A stretch of DNA of 63,874 bases, counting the filler, from Dugesia japonica (lineage: Eukaryota), in assembly GCA_001938525.1 (NCBI GenBank). It is 6 parts of 6 records of this genome, joined end to end, with 100 filler letters (N's around TTAATTAATTAA, not from the genome) between each part and the next. Parts side by side here need not be neighbours in the genome. Positions count along the whole stretch, not along the records: positions 20,901 to 36,022 come from MQRL01542858.1; positions 36,123 to 44,903 come from MQRL01604619.1; 4 more parts are not named here. One strand, given 5' to 3'. A program made the translations under genes and the position numbers. Positions 24,408 through 37,886 of this stretch are shown here, in pieces (the stretch's first letter is position 1; each line of letters starts with the position of its first letter). The notes under the pieces are model-generated. The model saw only the letters and a program-made list of their open reading frames with translations, was not told the DNA's origin and did not search any database.

Positions 24408-24770
24408 TTAATTCTCGGGGCCTCTGAGTCTCCGTAATATATTGTTAATAAATTCTATCAACCCAGAAAAAGGCGGCAAGTGCGGTGTAGAAATCGGGAC
24501 AACAGAGGGACCTTCCCGCCATTCTCTGGTTGACTGGGGTTCACCATTATTATCTAATTGAGTAGTAATAGTGATGTAATAGGTCTCACGAGCACGATTA
24601 TGGCTGGTACAGTCGTAGAACGCCTGCCACTCCATGGCATCCCAATGCCGTTCATCGTTTACATCTGCGGTCGACAGGTTGAAGCGGTCAGCTAATACCC
24701 ACACGTTTCTATTAAACGTGTTTTTGTACCGCTTAAATATCATTTGGTCCGTCCGGTGATCAAGTAACAT
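24408..24770 (-). CDS. Unknown 120 aa protein
   Basis: ATG-initiated intact ORF with protein-like composition in an AT-rich background; AATAAA about 25 nt after the stop. Confidence 0.5.
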   Translation of the reverse strand: MLLDHRTDQMIFKRYKNTFNRNVWVLADRFNLSTADVNDERHWDAMEWQAFYDCTSHNRARETYYITITTQLDNNGEPQSTREWREGPSVVPISTPHLPPFSGLIEFINNILRRLRGPEN

Positions 24771-26979
24771 TTCCCATTTAAATTACACTGAAGTTACACT
24801 GGTCTTTATTATTTATAAAAGGAATTAAAATAATAATACTGTATGTAAAGCAAAAAAAATAACTAGACAAGTAGCAGAACAATTGAACTATTATTTCAAA
24901 AACAAAAAATATAACCACAGTAAATACTGTAAATATAGTCATAATACCCCTAACCATTGGTAGATATCCTTATAATAATGGTTTTATTAATTAACCGTAT
25001 AGTCAGAAGGGCAACAATAGTGGTGATATCATTGGTCGAGCATGATGATAGTAGTGATACGAAAATTACGAGAATAGTAATAATAATAAAGATATTGATA
25101 ATCATAGTAAAATCAATTGTAATAATAATAACACTCGTATTCCTATAACTATTGTGGTAGAATTTTTTACACTTCTTTTTAAACATCATAACTATACATA
25201 TAGGGAATAGCGATCCTCCATGATAATGACAAGAATCCTAATAAAATTACTAAGAATAATGCTGTTAATAATAAGGTTCATAATAATAATCAAACTAAAT
25301 GATATTAATAATAACAATTTTATAAACAATGAAAACCATGTAAAAATAATCTTAATTTTAAAAGTCACCACTTATTGCATAGCAATAATTATAGAAGTCT
25401 GGATAACAACGATAATAATCCGTAGTAATATGAATGATACTAACGATGCTAAAATTCATGATAAGAATGATAATAGTGATAATGCTAGAAACAATAAATA
25501 AAAAAAATAAAGTGAGATTTTAATGATAAAAATCATTAGTTAATACTATTACGTGAAATACAGTAGCAGTACCCATATTTTAAGTTTGTTGCCTTTTTCC
25601 TTTCTTCTATAGTATTAAGTTGATGAGACTATTGACAGCTTTTACTTGATGATTGATGGTGAGTAAAAAATTAATGTAATCATGGGGTTAATAGAATTCT
25701 AGGCCTATTGAGAATATCATGAAGGCTGACTAGTTGATATAAATGTGTGTATACATAAACCTTTAGTTTACTAGAGTTTTTTCGTGATGATTAGATATTT
25801 TGGGGTGACAAGGTGTATCTTGACTATCTGGTACTTGACTCAGTAGGTGTGCAGATTTCGCTGCTCTGAGCTTTCACAANTAATGTTAGACGAATCATTG
25901 ATGGCTGTCGACGTTATGCAGTTAATAGTTTTTCTAATTAATCAGCATGCATAACTCAGCAGATTAGCATTTATCATCTACAGTTAGCAAATTTCCCTGT
26001 ATTTAAAATGGAGTTTGATTTACTGGTGGGGTTATTGAAAGTGAAATTATTCTTAGTGCGAAAAATATATACACACAACTGAGTCAATTAAACATATGAT
26101 AATCTAGCGAAATAACTAAACCGCATCGCAGAATTAAATGAACTTTTATTAAATAATTATAAACAGTTTAATGAAATTAACAATTAAACAACATCACTGC
26201 AATAAATGAACTTTTATTAACAATTTTAGATAATTTAAACGTTAACTACAATTAAATAACACATGCTTACTCTATATTAATTTGCAACGGGAATGAAAAA
26301 TAATATAATTCCGAGGAGATAACTTGCCTGTTTGAGTTGTCCAACGAATTGATTTCACTATTTTCCACAAAATATGACTAATGTAGCTGTCGGAATAGTT
26401 AGAGAAATTTACTGTTTTATTTCGTTCCTTGATAACTGAATTTACAATACTTTCGATAAGCAAATTTTTGTTTATATCTGTTTATACAGAGTAAATAACC
26501 AAATTTTTTAGGGGGATATTACTAATTTTTAGGGGGTTTTATACCATTTTCAGTTACAATCTGAAATAGCTTTCATTGGTTTTCTATTTTTGTTTTTCGT
26601 TTCTTACTTCCTATTGGTGCTGGTCCCAATTTTTTGACTTTTTCTGAGAACTTTAAATCTTCTATTGGTGCCTATTTTTAGGACACCTTGTGATTTTCAG
26701 AGCTTTGTCTTACGTTTCTTTTCTGGCTCTTTATTGGCCTATTCTTCAACCCCTTTTCTAGGCTCTCTTGATAACAGCAGGGTTTTCTTGTTGCCAAACT
26801 TCATTGCCCCATAACTTTCTCTCTTCAAATTTTCTTATTGGTGTTTTCTATGATTCTCCAGAGCGGAGATATTCTACAAAAACTGATTTTCATTNAATTA
26901 ATCTTCTTTTTCGCAGTAGATTAATTAATTTTTTCTTGTTAATTAATTATTTTTTTTAACGATAATTTTCTTGTTTTTC

Positions 26980-27590
26980 CTAATAAATTATATTTTTCTT
27001 TAATTATTGAAATTGATTCAAGCCAATATTTTATCCACACGTTATTTTCTTTCTACATTTTGTATTTTCTTCTGTCTTTTTATCGATATAATCAATTTAG
27101 GTTTAACTAAATGGTGATTATTCCTAATTAGTTTTTTTCGCAGTCCCTTCTTCACATTATCATTTGCTTTGGTTCTCAATTCCTTTTCCAACCGGGTGTT
27201 TCACCCCAACAATTGTATTCCGTTATCAGAATGAATTATCCTCTGAATCTCTAAGTACACTATCCATATTCAAATATTCGTTCTGTAACTGTCTTTACAG
27301 AAATATCCTTCAATTTAAAAAACTGTCGATGATTCCTAAAATAAATGAATATCACTAAAAACTTGGAAGCGGTCACTTTATAACGCAAAATATCATTTCA
27401 AATGGTTTTATGTCAGTAAAAGAATTTTTTATATTGTACCCAATTTTATTTCCCTGCTTTCTCTCAGCACATGGTGTACAATTTGCCACAAATTTCACCG
27501 TAGCTTTTTCAATGTTTATCCATTCATGATATCTCTTGATTTTAGTCAAAGTTTGTTTAAGGTTTGGATGGTCTAATCCAGACATAATTG
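26980..27590 (-). pseudogene. Gypsy integrase remnant
   Basis: GLDHPNLKQTLTKIKRYHEW...FVANCTPCAERK (HHCC-type), KPFEMI, FILGIIDSF. Confidence 0.75.
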
Positions 27591-27731
27591 GTTTAAGTCT
27601 TGGTCTTAATAATAATATTAATGATTTAATCTATACTTAAGAAATCTGTTTAAATTTCTATAAGGTATGCATATTGTTTAGTGTATACATTATTAAATTA
27701 GTATGAAATTAATGGAATTGATAAATTACTA

Positions 27732-28973
27732 CTAGGTTGAGTCAAAAGTTCCCGGATACTTTTTATTTTTTCTATTTTAATTAAAAAAAGCAACAAATTT
27801 TTTTAAAAAATTGTATTATCTATTTTTATATAGTAAGTCAATTATTATAGATTTAATTTCAAAAAATTATTTATCATAGAAGCTCACAAAATGGCGGACG
27901 AAAAAATTCTAATTCGCGGTATCCTGCGTCATTATTGGAAACAGGGTCTAAGCGTAAGAGCAACAGCCATAAAAATATGTGAAATTGAAGGTCCTGGGAT
28001 AGTCTCAAAAGCCACCGTAAAAGAATGGTTTCATAGATTTAATGAAGACAAATGATGTTTTGGAAGGCCATCGATCCTGATAAATGAAGCTTTATTGGAA
28101 GTTATTTAACAAAAGCCAGGCACCAGCATTTGTATACTGGCTACTCAACTTGAGACGTCTCAATCAACCATTGTTCGGTACCTTCACGAACTTGGCTTTG
28201 CAAGTAAGAAACCCAGATTTGTTTGCCATGAACTTTTTCATCAACAAGCACAAAGGAGAGAAGAAATTTGCAAGAAATTATTGGATTATCCCAAAGATGA
28301 CANGTTCTGGAGACGAATCATAACTAGCGATGAAAAGTAGATATATCTCAGTAATCCTATTATCAAATGGCAGTTGTTTTGGCCAGGTCAGAAGGCTTCA
28401 TCAATAACTAAAAGGGAAGGTTCGAACACAAGGTGATGTTATCCATATGGTGGAACTTTGAGGCTCCTGTATTATAAAGCTAATTCCTGAAGGCCGGGCT
28501 GTGGATGGAAACCTGTATGTTGAACAATTGGAACGACTTTATGATCTTCTGGCCACTCGTTATTGAGCTTTAATCAATAAAAAACGAGTATTTTTGCAGC
28601 ATGATAATGCTCCAGCCCATAACTCTAAAGTTGTAAAGTCTAAGTTAGAAAAGCTTGATGTAATCAAACAACTACCTCACCCAGCTTATAGCCCAGACCT
28701 AGCTTCACCAGATTATAACTTATTCCAGTCAATGAGTAATTTTCTGATTAACAAAAGATTTAATAGCAGATGTCAAAAAAGGAGTCTTTGAGTTTTTGCA
28801 GTCCAAGCTACCAGAATGGTATTAGAAAGAAATCCAAAATTTAACTGATAGATGGTTGAAGATCTTATCTAGCGAAGGACTTTATTTTGATGAATAAAAC
28901 TTTGATGTTTTATGAATATTTTTTATATATATTTTTTAGTTTAAAGTGTCCAGGAACTTTTGACTGAACCTAG
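27732..28973 (+). mobile_element. Near full-length decayed mariner (DD34D) transposon
   Basis: ~31-bp TIRs CTAGGTTGAGTCAAAAGTTCCCGGATACTTT / AAAGTGTCCAGGAACTTTTGACTGAACCTAG flanked by TA. Transposase 27891-28897 has ITSDEK, QHDNAPAH and HPAYSPDLASPDYNLF, with stops. Confidence 0.95.
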
Positions 28974-29999
28974 TAAATAACATTATTCCATGAATTATTG
29001 TAATTAATGTATATTTTATTGGTATAAGTCATTAGTGTATGCTGTATTGAATCTAGTGTATTACTGCTTAGATTTAAGTAATTTGTTATGAATTAATAAA
29101 AACTAGTATGTTTTAATGAACATCAGTCTATTTTTATGAATATTTGATTATACTTTTAAGAAATAATTGATCATTTTCGAGAATTTGCTATATAAAGCAT
29201 GCGTATATTAGGTTAATAAGTAATGGAATTGTTGTATGAATTAATCAAGCTTCTATACCATGGCTAGTTTTCCTTACGAAACTCTTAATAAATCAATTAA
29301 ATCTATCATTTTCAACGAGACAAGTGTATCAAATACAACCCTATACAACTTATGAAACCGTAGAAAACTCTAAAAGGCTATAAAATACTTAAAAAACCAT
29401 TGAGTATAGAAAATATAAAGAATACTCAGAAAACTACATAATAATATACAAATTGTAGTAAAAAGAATGACAAAAGACAATAGTATATTAATTTTATTAA
29501 CAATAAAGCAAATTATTTGGCATCCAGAGGAAAGAAGGAAAACAGAAAACAGAAGGGCNTGCACATGAGCAGAATTTCAGAGATGTCTTGGAAATTTATA
29601 CATAGTTTCTGAGATGTATTGAAAGTTTCTCAAAACCTATGTAAAATACTAGGAAAATAATTCAAATATTTTTTAGAAGGGTTGAAAGTTTATTCAGAAT
29701 TTACACAGAAAATCACTGTGTTTTAGTAAAACCCATTTTTCAGTAAACCAATGGATAGAGAAGCCAATGTAAAATAATGTGTTTCATTAAAACCAATGTG
29801 TCACAGTAAGCCAGTGGTTATATTAAAGCGGATATGGTAAATCAATGTGATACAGTATACTAATATATGTAGAAACACCACACACACAGATAGATAGTAT
29901 TTTGTCTTAGTGATTGCTCAATTCAATCAATCAATTCAAGTAAATCATTTTGTCACTATTATTACAATAATTTATAATTTATAAGGGTTTTATAATTAT

Positions 30000-32233
30000 T
30001 ATAGGGAATTCATATAAAATTATGCAAATTTATCAGAACCTCTCAGTTTGATGCTAAAGAAAGAAAACAAAATTCATTGGGCAGATGAAAATAAAGAATA
30101 TTTTTACAAGCTAAGTAAAAGGATGATAGGAACCATCAGAACTAGCTTTGCCAACAAAGGATGGAAAATATATTTTTGATACATTTGCTTCTCACAACGC
30201 AATTGGTACTGCACTTTCTCAAGTACAATATGGCAAGGAACGAGTATTATACTATACATTGAGGACACTAACAAAAAGTCAGAGACAGTACTTCATTGCA
30301 AGAAAAGAGCTTCTGGCAATATATGTGTTTGTCCTCAAGTTTAAGCACTATTTTATGGAATCACAATTTGTTGTACGAACAGATCACCAAGCATTAAAAT
30401 GAATGCTTAATTGGAATATCTCAAATACGTCTCAATACTGCATGTGTGAAGCTGGATTGGAAATCTTTGATATGATTGTAGAATTTAGAAAAGGTCGTGA
30501 GCATATTAATGCTGATGCACTTTCACGACTACCAGATTGCAAGTAGTAGTTAATAAAACTCGAAGATCCAAAAAGAAAAAGAAACGTTAAAATATACAAG
30601 ACAACAAACGAATATTAGCAACAAATTATACGCTCAGAAAAAGTTATAAATAAAATATACCAGGAAGACGAATGGGAACAAAGAAAAAATATAAATATAC
30701 AAATAAAACTAGATGCTCTAGAAAAAAACGAGAAAACACTTTGTGACGTAATGTTAAATAATGAAATACGATCGTATTGGGAGAAAAAGAAAGAAATGTG
30801 AATACGATATGAGATGCTATTTTAAGAAAAGTATGAGAAATATCTTCTTATTGTGCCGCAGACATAAAAGAGAAGATGTTATTTGGAAATATCACAAGTT
30901 ATTGGGACATCAATGAGTAGAGAAAACAACAGGAGTTATTAAAAATGAGTATTATTGTTCGTCTATGGACAAAAGCATAAGAGAATAACTATCAAAATGT
31001 AAATAGTGTAATTCACATAAATTCATTAACGGAAGAATTAAAGCACCATTACAAAATATATCCGAAAAAGAACCATTTCAAAGTATTGCAATAGATAATA
31101 CAGGACCATTTAAATCAACGCAATATGGTTATAAATATATTCTTGGAGTTGTTGATTATTTTTCAAAGTTTATGTTTAATTCTTTTGCGTACAATAACAA
31201 CTGAAGATATATGTGAAGTTCTTTGTATACATTGAATATCCAAGTTTAGAATACCTAGTCGAATACACTCGGATTATGGTAGTAATTTAGTTCAAGTACA
31301 TTTCAGAAATATTGCAAGCAATATGGAATAGTGAAAACATTTTCATCTTCATATTACCCTCAAGTAAACAGATTTGTAGAAAGAATATTTAGAACCGCAA
31401 AACCTATGATTAGAGCAGTACTAGAAGACAGGCAAATTCAAGTTTGGAGTATGCTGCTACCAATAATAAAATATGGATTATGAACAACAACACAAAAAAC
31501 GAATAAGTACTCTCTGTATGAAATAGTATTTGAGAGAAAACCTAGAATCGATATATGGATTGCTAGCAGGGAAACGAACATTACAAAGAATTCTGATCAA
31601 TATGCAGAACAATTAAGAAGAAATATTGTGAATACTCGTGGCCATGTAAGAAAAAATATAGAAGAGCATAATGAAGTTACAGCAGCTAAATATGACAAAT
31701 ATCGATGGAAAAATGAAATTAAAATTCATTATAAAGTGCTGATAAATAAACAATGCATATGATGGTTTTAAAAGGCGATATATTNGACCNTTTAAAGTAA
31801 TAAATAAAATTAATGAATAGACTTACACTTTGCTTGATAAAAATAGAAATACTTTAATTCAAAGAAATTACAACCAAATCAAATGAATACCAAGAGACGA
31901 ACTTTCCTACATGTCATGGAGCACACAGATATCAATAAGAAGTAAACAGTAAACAGACTTACCAGTACAAACTGACCGATCAACTGAGAGCGATATCAGA
32001 AGGCTTTATCCAGAAAAAATGACAAGGAATCCAAATCCTCGATATCGATAAAGCAAAGAGAGTAATGTGATATATTTAAATTATAGTAATATTTACATAT
32101 ATCGAAATTCAAATTATTGAATATTTAAAATTTAATATTAAAAAATATTAAAATGAATTTGATTTGTTTTAATATTGATTTTTTTAAAAATATAATTTTA
32201 ACTTGTTAATAATCCTATTATTTAATATCCACA
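30000..32233 (+). mobile_element. Gypsy 3' half (RNase H, integrase, PPT, 3' LTR 32066-32233)
   Basis: FDTFASHNAIGTALSQ, RKELLAI, RTDHQALK, HINADALSRLP, PFQSIAIDNTGPF, VVDYFSKF, IHSDYG, YYPQVNRFVERIFRT. Purine tract AAAGCAAAGAGAG precedes TGTGATAT...ATATCCACA. Confidence 0.88.
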
Positions 32234-33399
32234 TTTATATACCAACGTTATTGCTAATAATTTTCAATTTTTCATTATATTGAGTTTTATTTTCCTTTTT
32301 TTAAGAAATTAAAAGTTTCTTCAAGAGTATTTGTTTTCATAATTTCTTAGACTCTGGTTGCCAAACGATTACTTATACCTTTCAAAAATATTTATAAGCT
32401 AGTTTTCTCTCTTTTCAAATTCGCCATAGTCTGATATTTCTCGAATCATAGCAACTCTGACGACAATTAGATACGGTTTAAGAGTCATATCTTCCTACTT
32501 TAAGAATAAACTATTAATTATCAGAGTTACAATTATATAATTCCATTAACTTTGTCTTCAGCCATTCGTAATCAGATTTATTGAATTTAAACTCTGGAAC
32601 TGGTTCGAAAAATGCTTCTTCTTTAAAACTATTCAATAACTTCTGCGAGCGTTGTGTTGGATCTCCGATTTTTGTTTTTCTGAAATTTTTTCGAATTCAG
32701 TAATATGAATAGAAATATTTTCTCCTNNNNNNNNNNNNNNNNNNNNNNNNNNNNNNNNNNNNNNNNNNNNNNNNNNNNNNNNNNNNNNNNNNNNNNNNNN
32801 NNNNNNNNNNNNNNNNNNNNNNNNNNNNNNNNNNNNNNNNNNNNNNNNNNNNNNNNNNNNNNNNNNNNNNNNNNACAAACATATTTTTATAATTTGAAAG
32901 TATGAATTATTTGACACTGAAACAAAAGTAAGTGTAGTTGATAAAAATTTTAAAAAATTAGGAATTATAATAAACAAAGAAAAACTTAAAAACGTTTTTG
33001 TATTAATGGTAGTGAATTAATAACAATAAGATAATAAGAAGTGAAAAATAGTAAAAAGAAAATTCTAAATATGTTCTGAAATAGTGATTGGAATTGTTGT
33101 TTAAAATTTTTTAAAACAAGATTAGTTGAAACATAAAAATAGAATAAATAATGTATTAACTCTGAAAGAGAACATTTATAGCAATATATAGGTTGCTAGA
33201 TATGTATTGCGACATAGTAATAAAACTAATGCTTACCGATTTTTTTGTTTGAAAATAATTTTCTATCATTGATAATTTCCTATGATTGATATATATTTCC
33301 ATTTGAGAAAATCAATCTTCGTAAACGGTTTGCCGAAGCAAATCAAGCATTTAGGAAACATAAAATTTGACAATATCAACAATCTCTGATGGTTTCGAA

Positions 33400-34300
33400 A
33401 ATCGTTATCCACGTTATTGTACTTTAAATATGGGATAAAAAGAAATCTTTAAGAACCAAATAAAGACTACGTTGCGGATAAACCAACAATTCAACGTTTT
33501 GAGTGCTCAAAAGCTAGTGGTTTTCTCTGATATGTGGAAGCTTGTATAAAGTGGAAGTGTTGCTCAGACATGGCATATGGTATCCATTGAAATAGTAAGA
33601 AATCCTAAGGATTATAGTCTGGTAAATATGACAAGTACCGTATGATTTCCAAATTAAGTACTTCTAACTTAACCTGACAATTTTTGCAGTAGGCCTTGTC
33701 GTACATTTTCTTGTGATCTGGACATTTTCCATTAATGCTTCATTTAATTTCATTAATTGCAGTTTGTGTAATTTTGCAGTGATGATTTCATGGGATTTGA
33801 GAATTTCCTTTTAAACTATCCACATATGATCCCACCAAATGCGGAGCATCAGTTAGGTTCAATGTATATTTGGATTTAAGATCTATTTTGAAGGTTTGTT
33901 TGGCCTGCACTACGATTTTAAGTACCTCAAATTATCGAATCGTATACACTTCTCATCATATATGATGTTACTATGTAACATGTTTTTTAGTGTCTTTGAA
34001 AAAGCAATTCACAAGTCATTATAAGCTTTTTCATGTTTCTCAGCTTCAACTGAAACGGGACTCAATTTCCTTGCTTTTGAATCATTGTGATTGCCTTCAA
34101 ACGTTTAGAAAATGTTGATTGATTAACATTTAATGTTTCTGTAAATTCTTCTTGCGTTACAATTAGGTGTTGAATCAACTAAAGGCTCCTATTTCATTTC
34201 TAGAAACTTTTCTGGTTAACCAGGACGTTACTTGAAAAATTAGTAAAAAACGTTAATATCCTTTAAATTTTTTGACTATGAACATAAAATGTAGATACTG
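33400..34300 (-). mobile_element. Highly decayed mariner transposase remnant
   Basis: Minus-strand traces of RPG, LNVNQSTFSKRLK, IWWD and a YSPDL-like region. Confidence 0.5.
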
Positions 34301-36299
34301 GGAATCTTTGATACTAGCTATGTACTAGCAAGATGAGTTATAGTGAGAATGAAATAAAGATCCGGGAAACAATATTGAATACAGCACAAACATATTTTAG
34401 ATCAGGATTTACTTTTTACGCAAATTAATGAGTTGCATACAATAAAATCTAAAGAAACAGCTTTAAGCTTTACAATGAATCATTTTTATAATTTTCTTAA
34501 TACAATAAATGGTGTTCGTATTTTTAATTCCTTGGGAGCACACAAAAAAGATTAAAAATAATGATAGGGATTGAAAGATCTCTTGTTAAACATTATCTAA
34601 GCTGTTTTAAGTGATGGGATAATATATTTTGCTGATATTCCCATAATCTTGTTGAACTTGTTCACATTCTTTATTAATTGTTTAAAAAATATATTACTAT
34701 TCAATTTTTTTGTATATTATTTTTCTGGGTCACATGTTACATGTGATATAAAAATTCAGTTTTTAATTATTTACTAGTGACAAATGAATTTTCAAATTAT
34801 AAAATTAATAATATCTCTATTAATTATTTATCACTCAATTACAAAATCACATTAATTACATAAGTTGATGATTAATTTTAAAACAGTAAAATGATGTAAT
34901 TCTTAAAATTTCCATTCGATAATTTTAAAATTAATTTGAAGTAATTAATTATACAATCCAAAATTTATATAAAATAAAAATTTTTGTAATTCATCGATAT
35001 TTATTTTGTTTAATAGCTTCAATTAAATGAACTAAAATACCATATTTATAAAATTTTTATTTAATATTATGGGATTATGGAATTATTTGAAACTAAGAAG
35101 CATTATATAATTATTAACGGTTCAGTAGCCTTATTCTGCGATAGATTAAGTGGTTATATTAGCTTTTCTGAAGGTATTTTGGTAATATTTTTAAAATTTT
35201 AATGTCACAATATTAGCTAGTGAATTAATTAACGAATGGAATCCAGTTTGTTTAGGTACCATTAAAGGATTTATAGGAAAGCTAAAATTCTTTACAGGTA
35301 ATTATATTAATTTTATATTTTTAAAATATTGAAATCGTAATTATGGAAAGAAATTTCATTACTCTCAAATATTTGTTAGTAATTGTTAATAAATAACCTA
35401 ATTTTTTCTTTCAAATTATTTTATTTCTAAACAGTTAAAACACAATGTTCTAAAAATTTTATTAAAAAATTTCAATTATCATAACATTTATAAATTGAAA
35501 AGATAAATATTTTTTATCACAATCATTTAAAAACTAAAGAAACACACATTGAAAATTTATTCTGTGTGCTTTTTAATGTTTCTTATAGATAGCTTAATAA
35601 AAATCATTAAATAAAATAAAAATAAATCTAAAATTTCTTGAAAAATTTTGAATTTATTGTCATATATTTACCACTGTATTGATTTAAATTCTAATGTTAC
35701 ATGAAAACATCATTGATTACTTGCGAGTAATTTACAGTACAAATTAATTTGGGCATCATGCCAATCAATCTCAACTAATTCATTACTTAATTGTTTACAC
35801 AACAATTTATTTGTTTTGGAGTAATCTAAAAGTAATAGCTTTACAAATGTTTGAAATGTGTTTATAAAATTACTCAGTATTGAATTACAACAGTTTAAAC
35901 CGCTTTCAAAATACAAAAACATCTGCACAATATTTTTATAATTATTAAATAAATATTTTACAATTGCAAGAATTATTGCGAGAATAATTGTTGGACATAA
36001 CCATTGATCGTTTTATAGAATTNNNNNNNNNNNNNNNNNNNNNNNNNNNNNNNNNNNNNNNNNNNNTTAATTAATTAANNNNNNNNNNNNNNNNNNNNNN
36101 NNNNNNNNNNNNNNNNNNNNNNGCAAAAGTTGTTTGTATACATTGGTATAAAAATAAAAAAGCACAGTAATATAATATAACCATCAACACAATATAGTAT
36201 AACAATTATCAATTTAAGGTATTCTCAATCATCAACTGTTAATTTTTAATTGTTTTTGAACGTTAATATCCTTCAACTATATTTTACAATCTATATAGT

Positions 36300-37341
36300 T
36301 TCTCTTCTTGCTTTTTATCTAGCAAAGTTATCGATGGCATAATCGAAGTCTACTTCCTATGTTAATTGATGTTCTATTGATAATATAGCGAGATTTCTTA
36401 ATCGTAAACTGTGCTTAGAAGATCTAACTCTTAATTAATTTTAATTTTGAGAAACGTCTTTCACAGCGAGCCACACTTACAGTAATTTTCAGGAAAATTC
36501 GTAATAAAATGACAATATTTGGAATGGAATTTCCAAGATTTTATTTTTGAATAAACTTTAAAAGTTCAAGGGGCCTTCTTTAAATGTGTCTGTTTTGTTT
36601 CGCATACCTGCAGTAGCGACGAATTTTATCAATATTTTTCTTTCAACAAAGAACTCTTTCTTACTAATGTCATCATGGTCATCATGTATCTGACAATTCT
36701 AATCTTCGTTTAAAAGATTAGACAGAACAANNNNNNNNTATTTTTCAGCAAGAACATGAAGCGATTGAAATCTCGTATTTATTTCTTCAATCATACTATC
36801 TAATGAAGAAAACATTTCTCTTCGCAATTCAGTTTCATATTAATACTAATTTTAAAAATAATGACAAAATTATTTTATTTAGTGAGAAGTTTGTTGTTTA
36901 TTAGATGATAATTTTTCCATGTGACGTTCATAATGAGTATTATTTAATCTTACACATACGAGATATATTTCTTTGATAAGTCGGTTTCTTTGCGGAGATT
37001 TAATAATATTCATAGAAGAAAATAATTGCTCACATGCATATGATGCTCCAAACATAGTTAATAGTGAACTTGCAAATTTTTTTCATTGCACCAAATGTAC
37101 TCGGTAAAGAAATCCATTCTTCTAGTATACTTTTTCAGTTCAATCTTCTATTGATTTATTTTCAGTGGAAATTTTACATGTCTTTATTTCTAATTTAGTA
37201 ATTAGTTCTTCAACGTTTTGTCTCCATAGAAAACTATTTGAAACTCTATATCTAGCCAACTAAATAAATACAGATCTAGTCTACACTAGAAGATCTCATG
37301 AATAATATGCCGTCNAGCCCCCCCCCATAGTTACGCCACTG
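36300..37341 (-). mobile_element. hAT remnants (two C-terminal dimerisation-domain fragments and a TIR-like end)
   Basis: TVSVARCERRFSKLKLIK...RLRNLAILSIEH (36300-36500); MFGASYACEQLFSSMNIIKS (37000-37060); CAGTGGCGTAACTATGGGGGG terminus at 37341. Confidence 0.75.
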
Positions 37342-37886
37342 AATAATATTAATAAAAACTATCTCTTAAAACGATGGAAACTATCGCATACCCCTACTAA
37401 TTAGCTGAAAAGACAGTAGATATAGTGAAAAGAAATTATGTCGGTAAAATAATTTATAGCATTTAGTGTAAAGTTTTACGTAAGTTCAGCTATTAATTTC
37501 TGCTAAAAAAATGAACTTTCATAAAATGTCTATTAAAATAATATTCTACCAGAAAAACATTCATAAAATTTCTCCCTTTTAATTCAAGGTCGTTTAATTG
37601 AAAATATATCCAACTGATTTATGCAATTTAAATCTACTTCATGAAATGGCATTCAACTCTATGTATTATTATAGAGATACTGAATACGAATTTCTGCTAT
37701 TTAAATATCATGGGAATTCAAGTGAAAAAAGAGGTGAACATTGATTATGCATATATATATATATATATATAATCGTCAAATTATTTTCTTTGTAATCTTA
37801 ATATTGAAATTCGATTTTCTACATATTCGCCCATTAGATAAAATTTCCAAAAATCAAATACAGTAGCAATCAATCCAAAATTTTAC

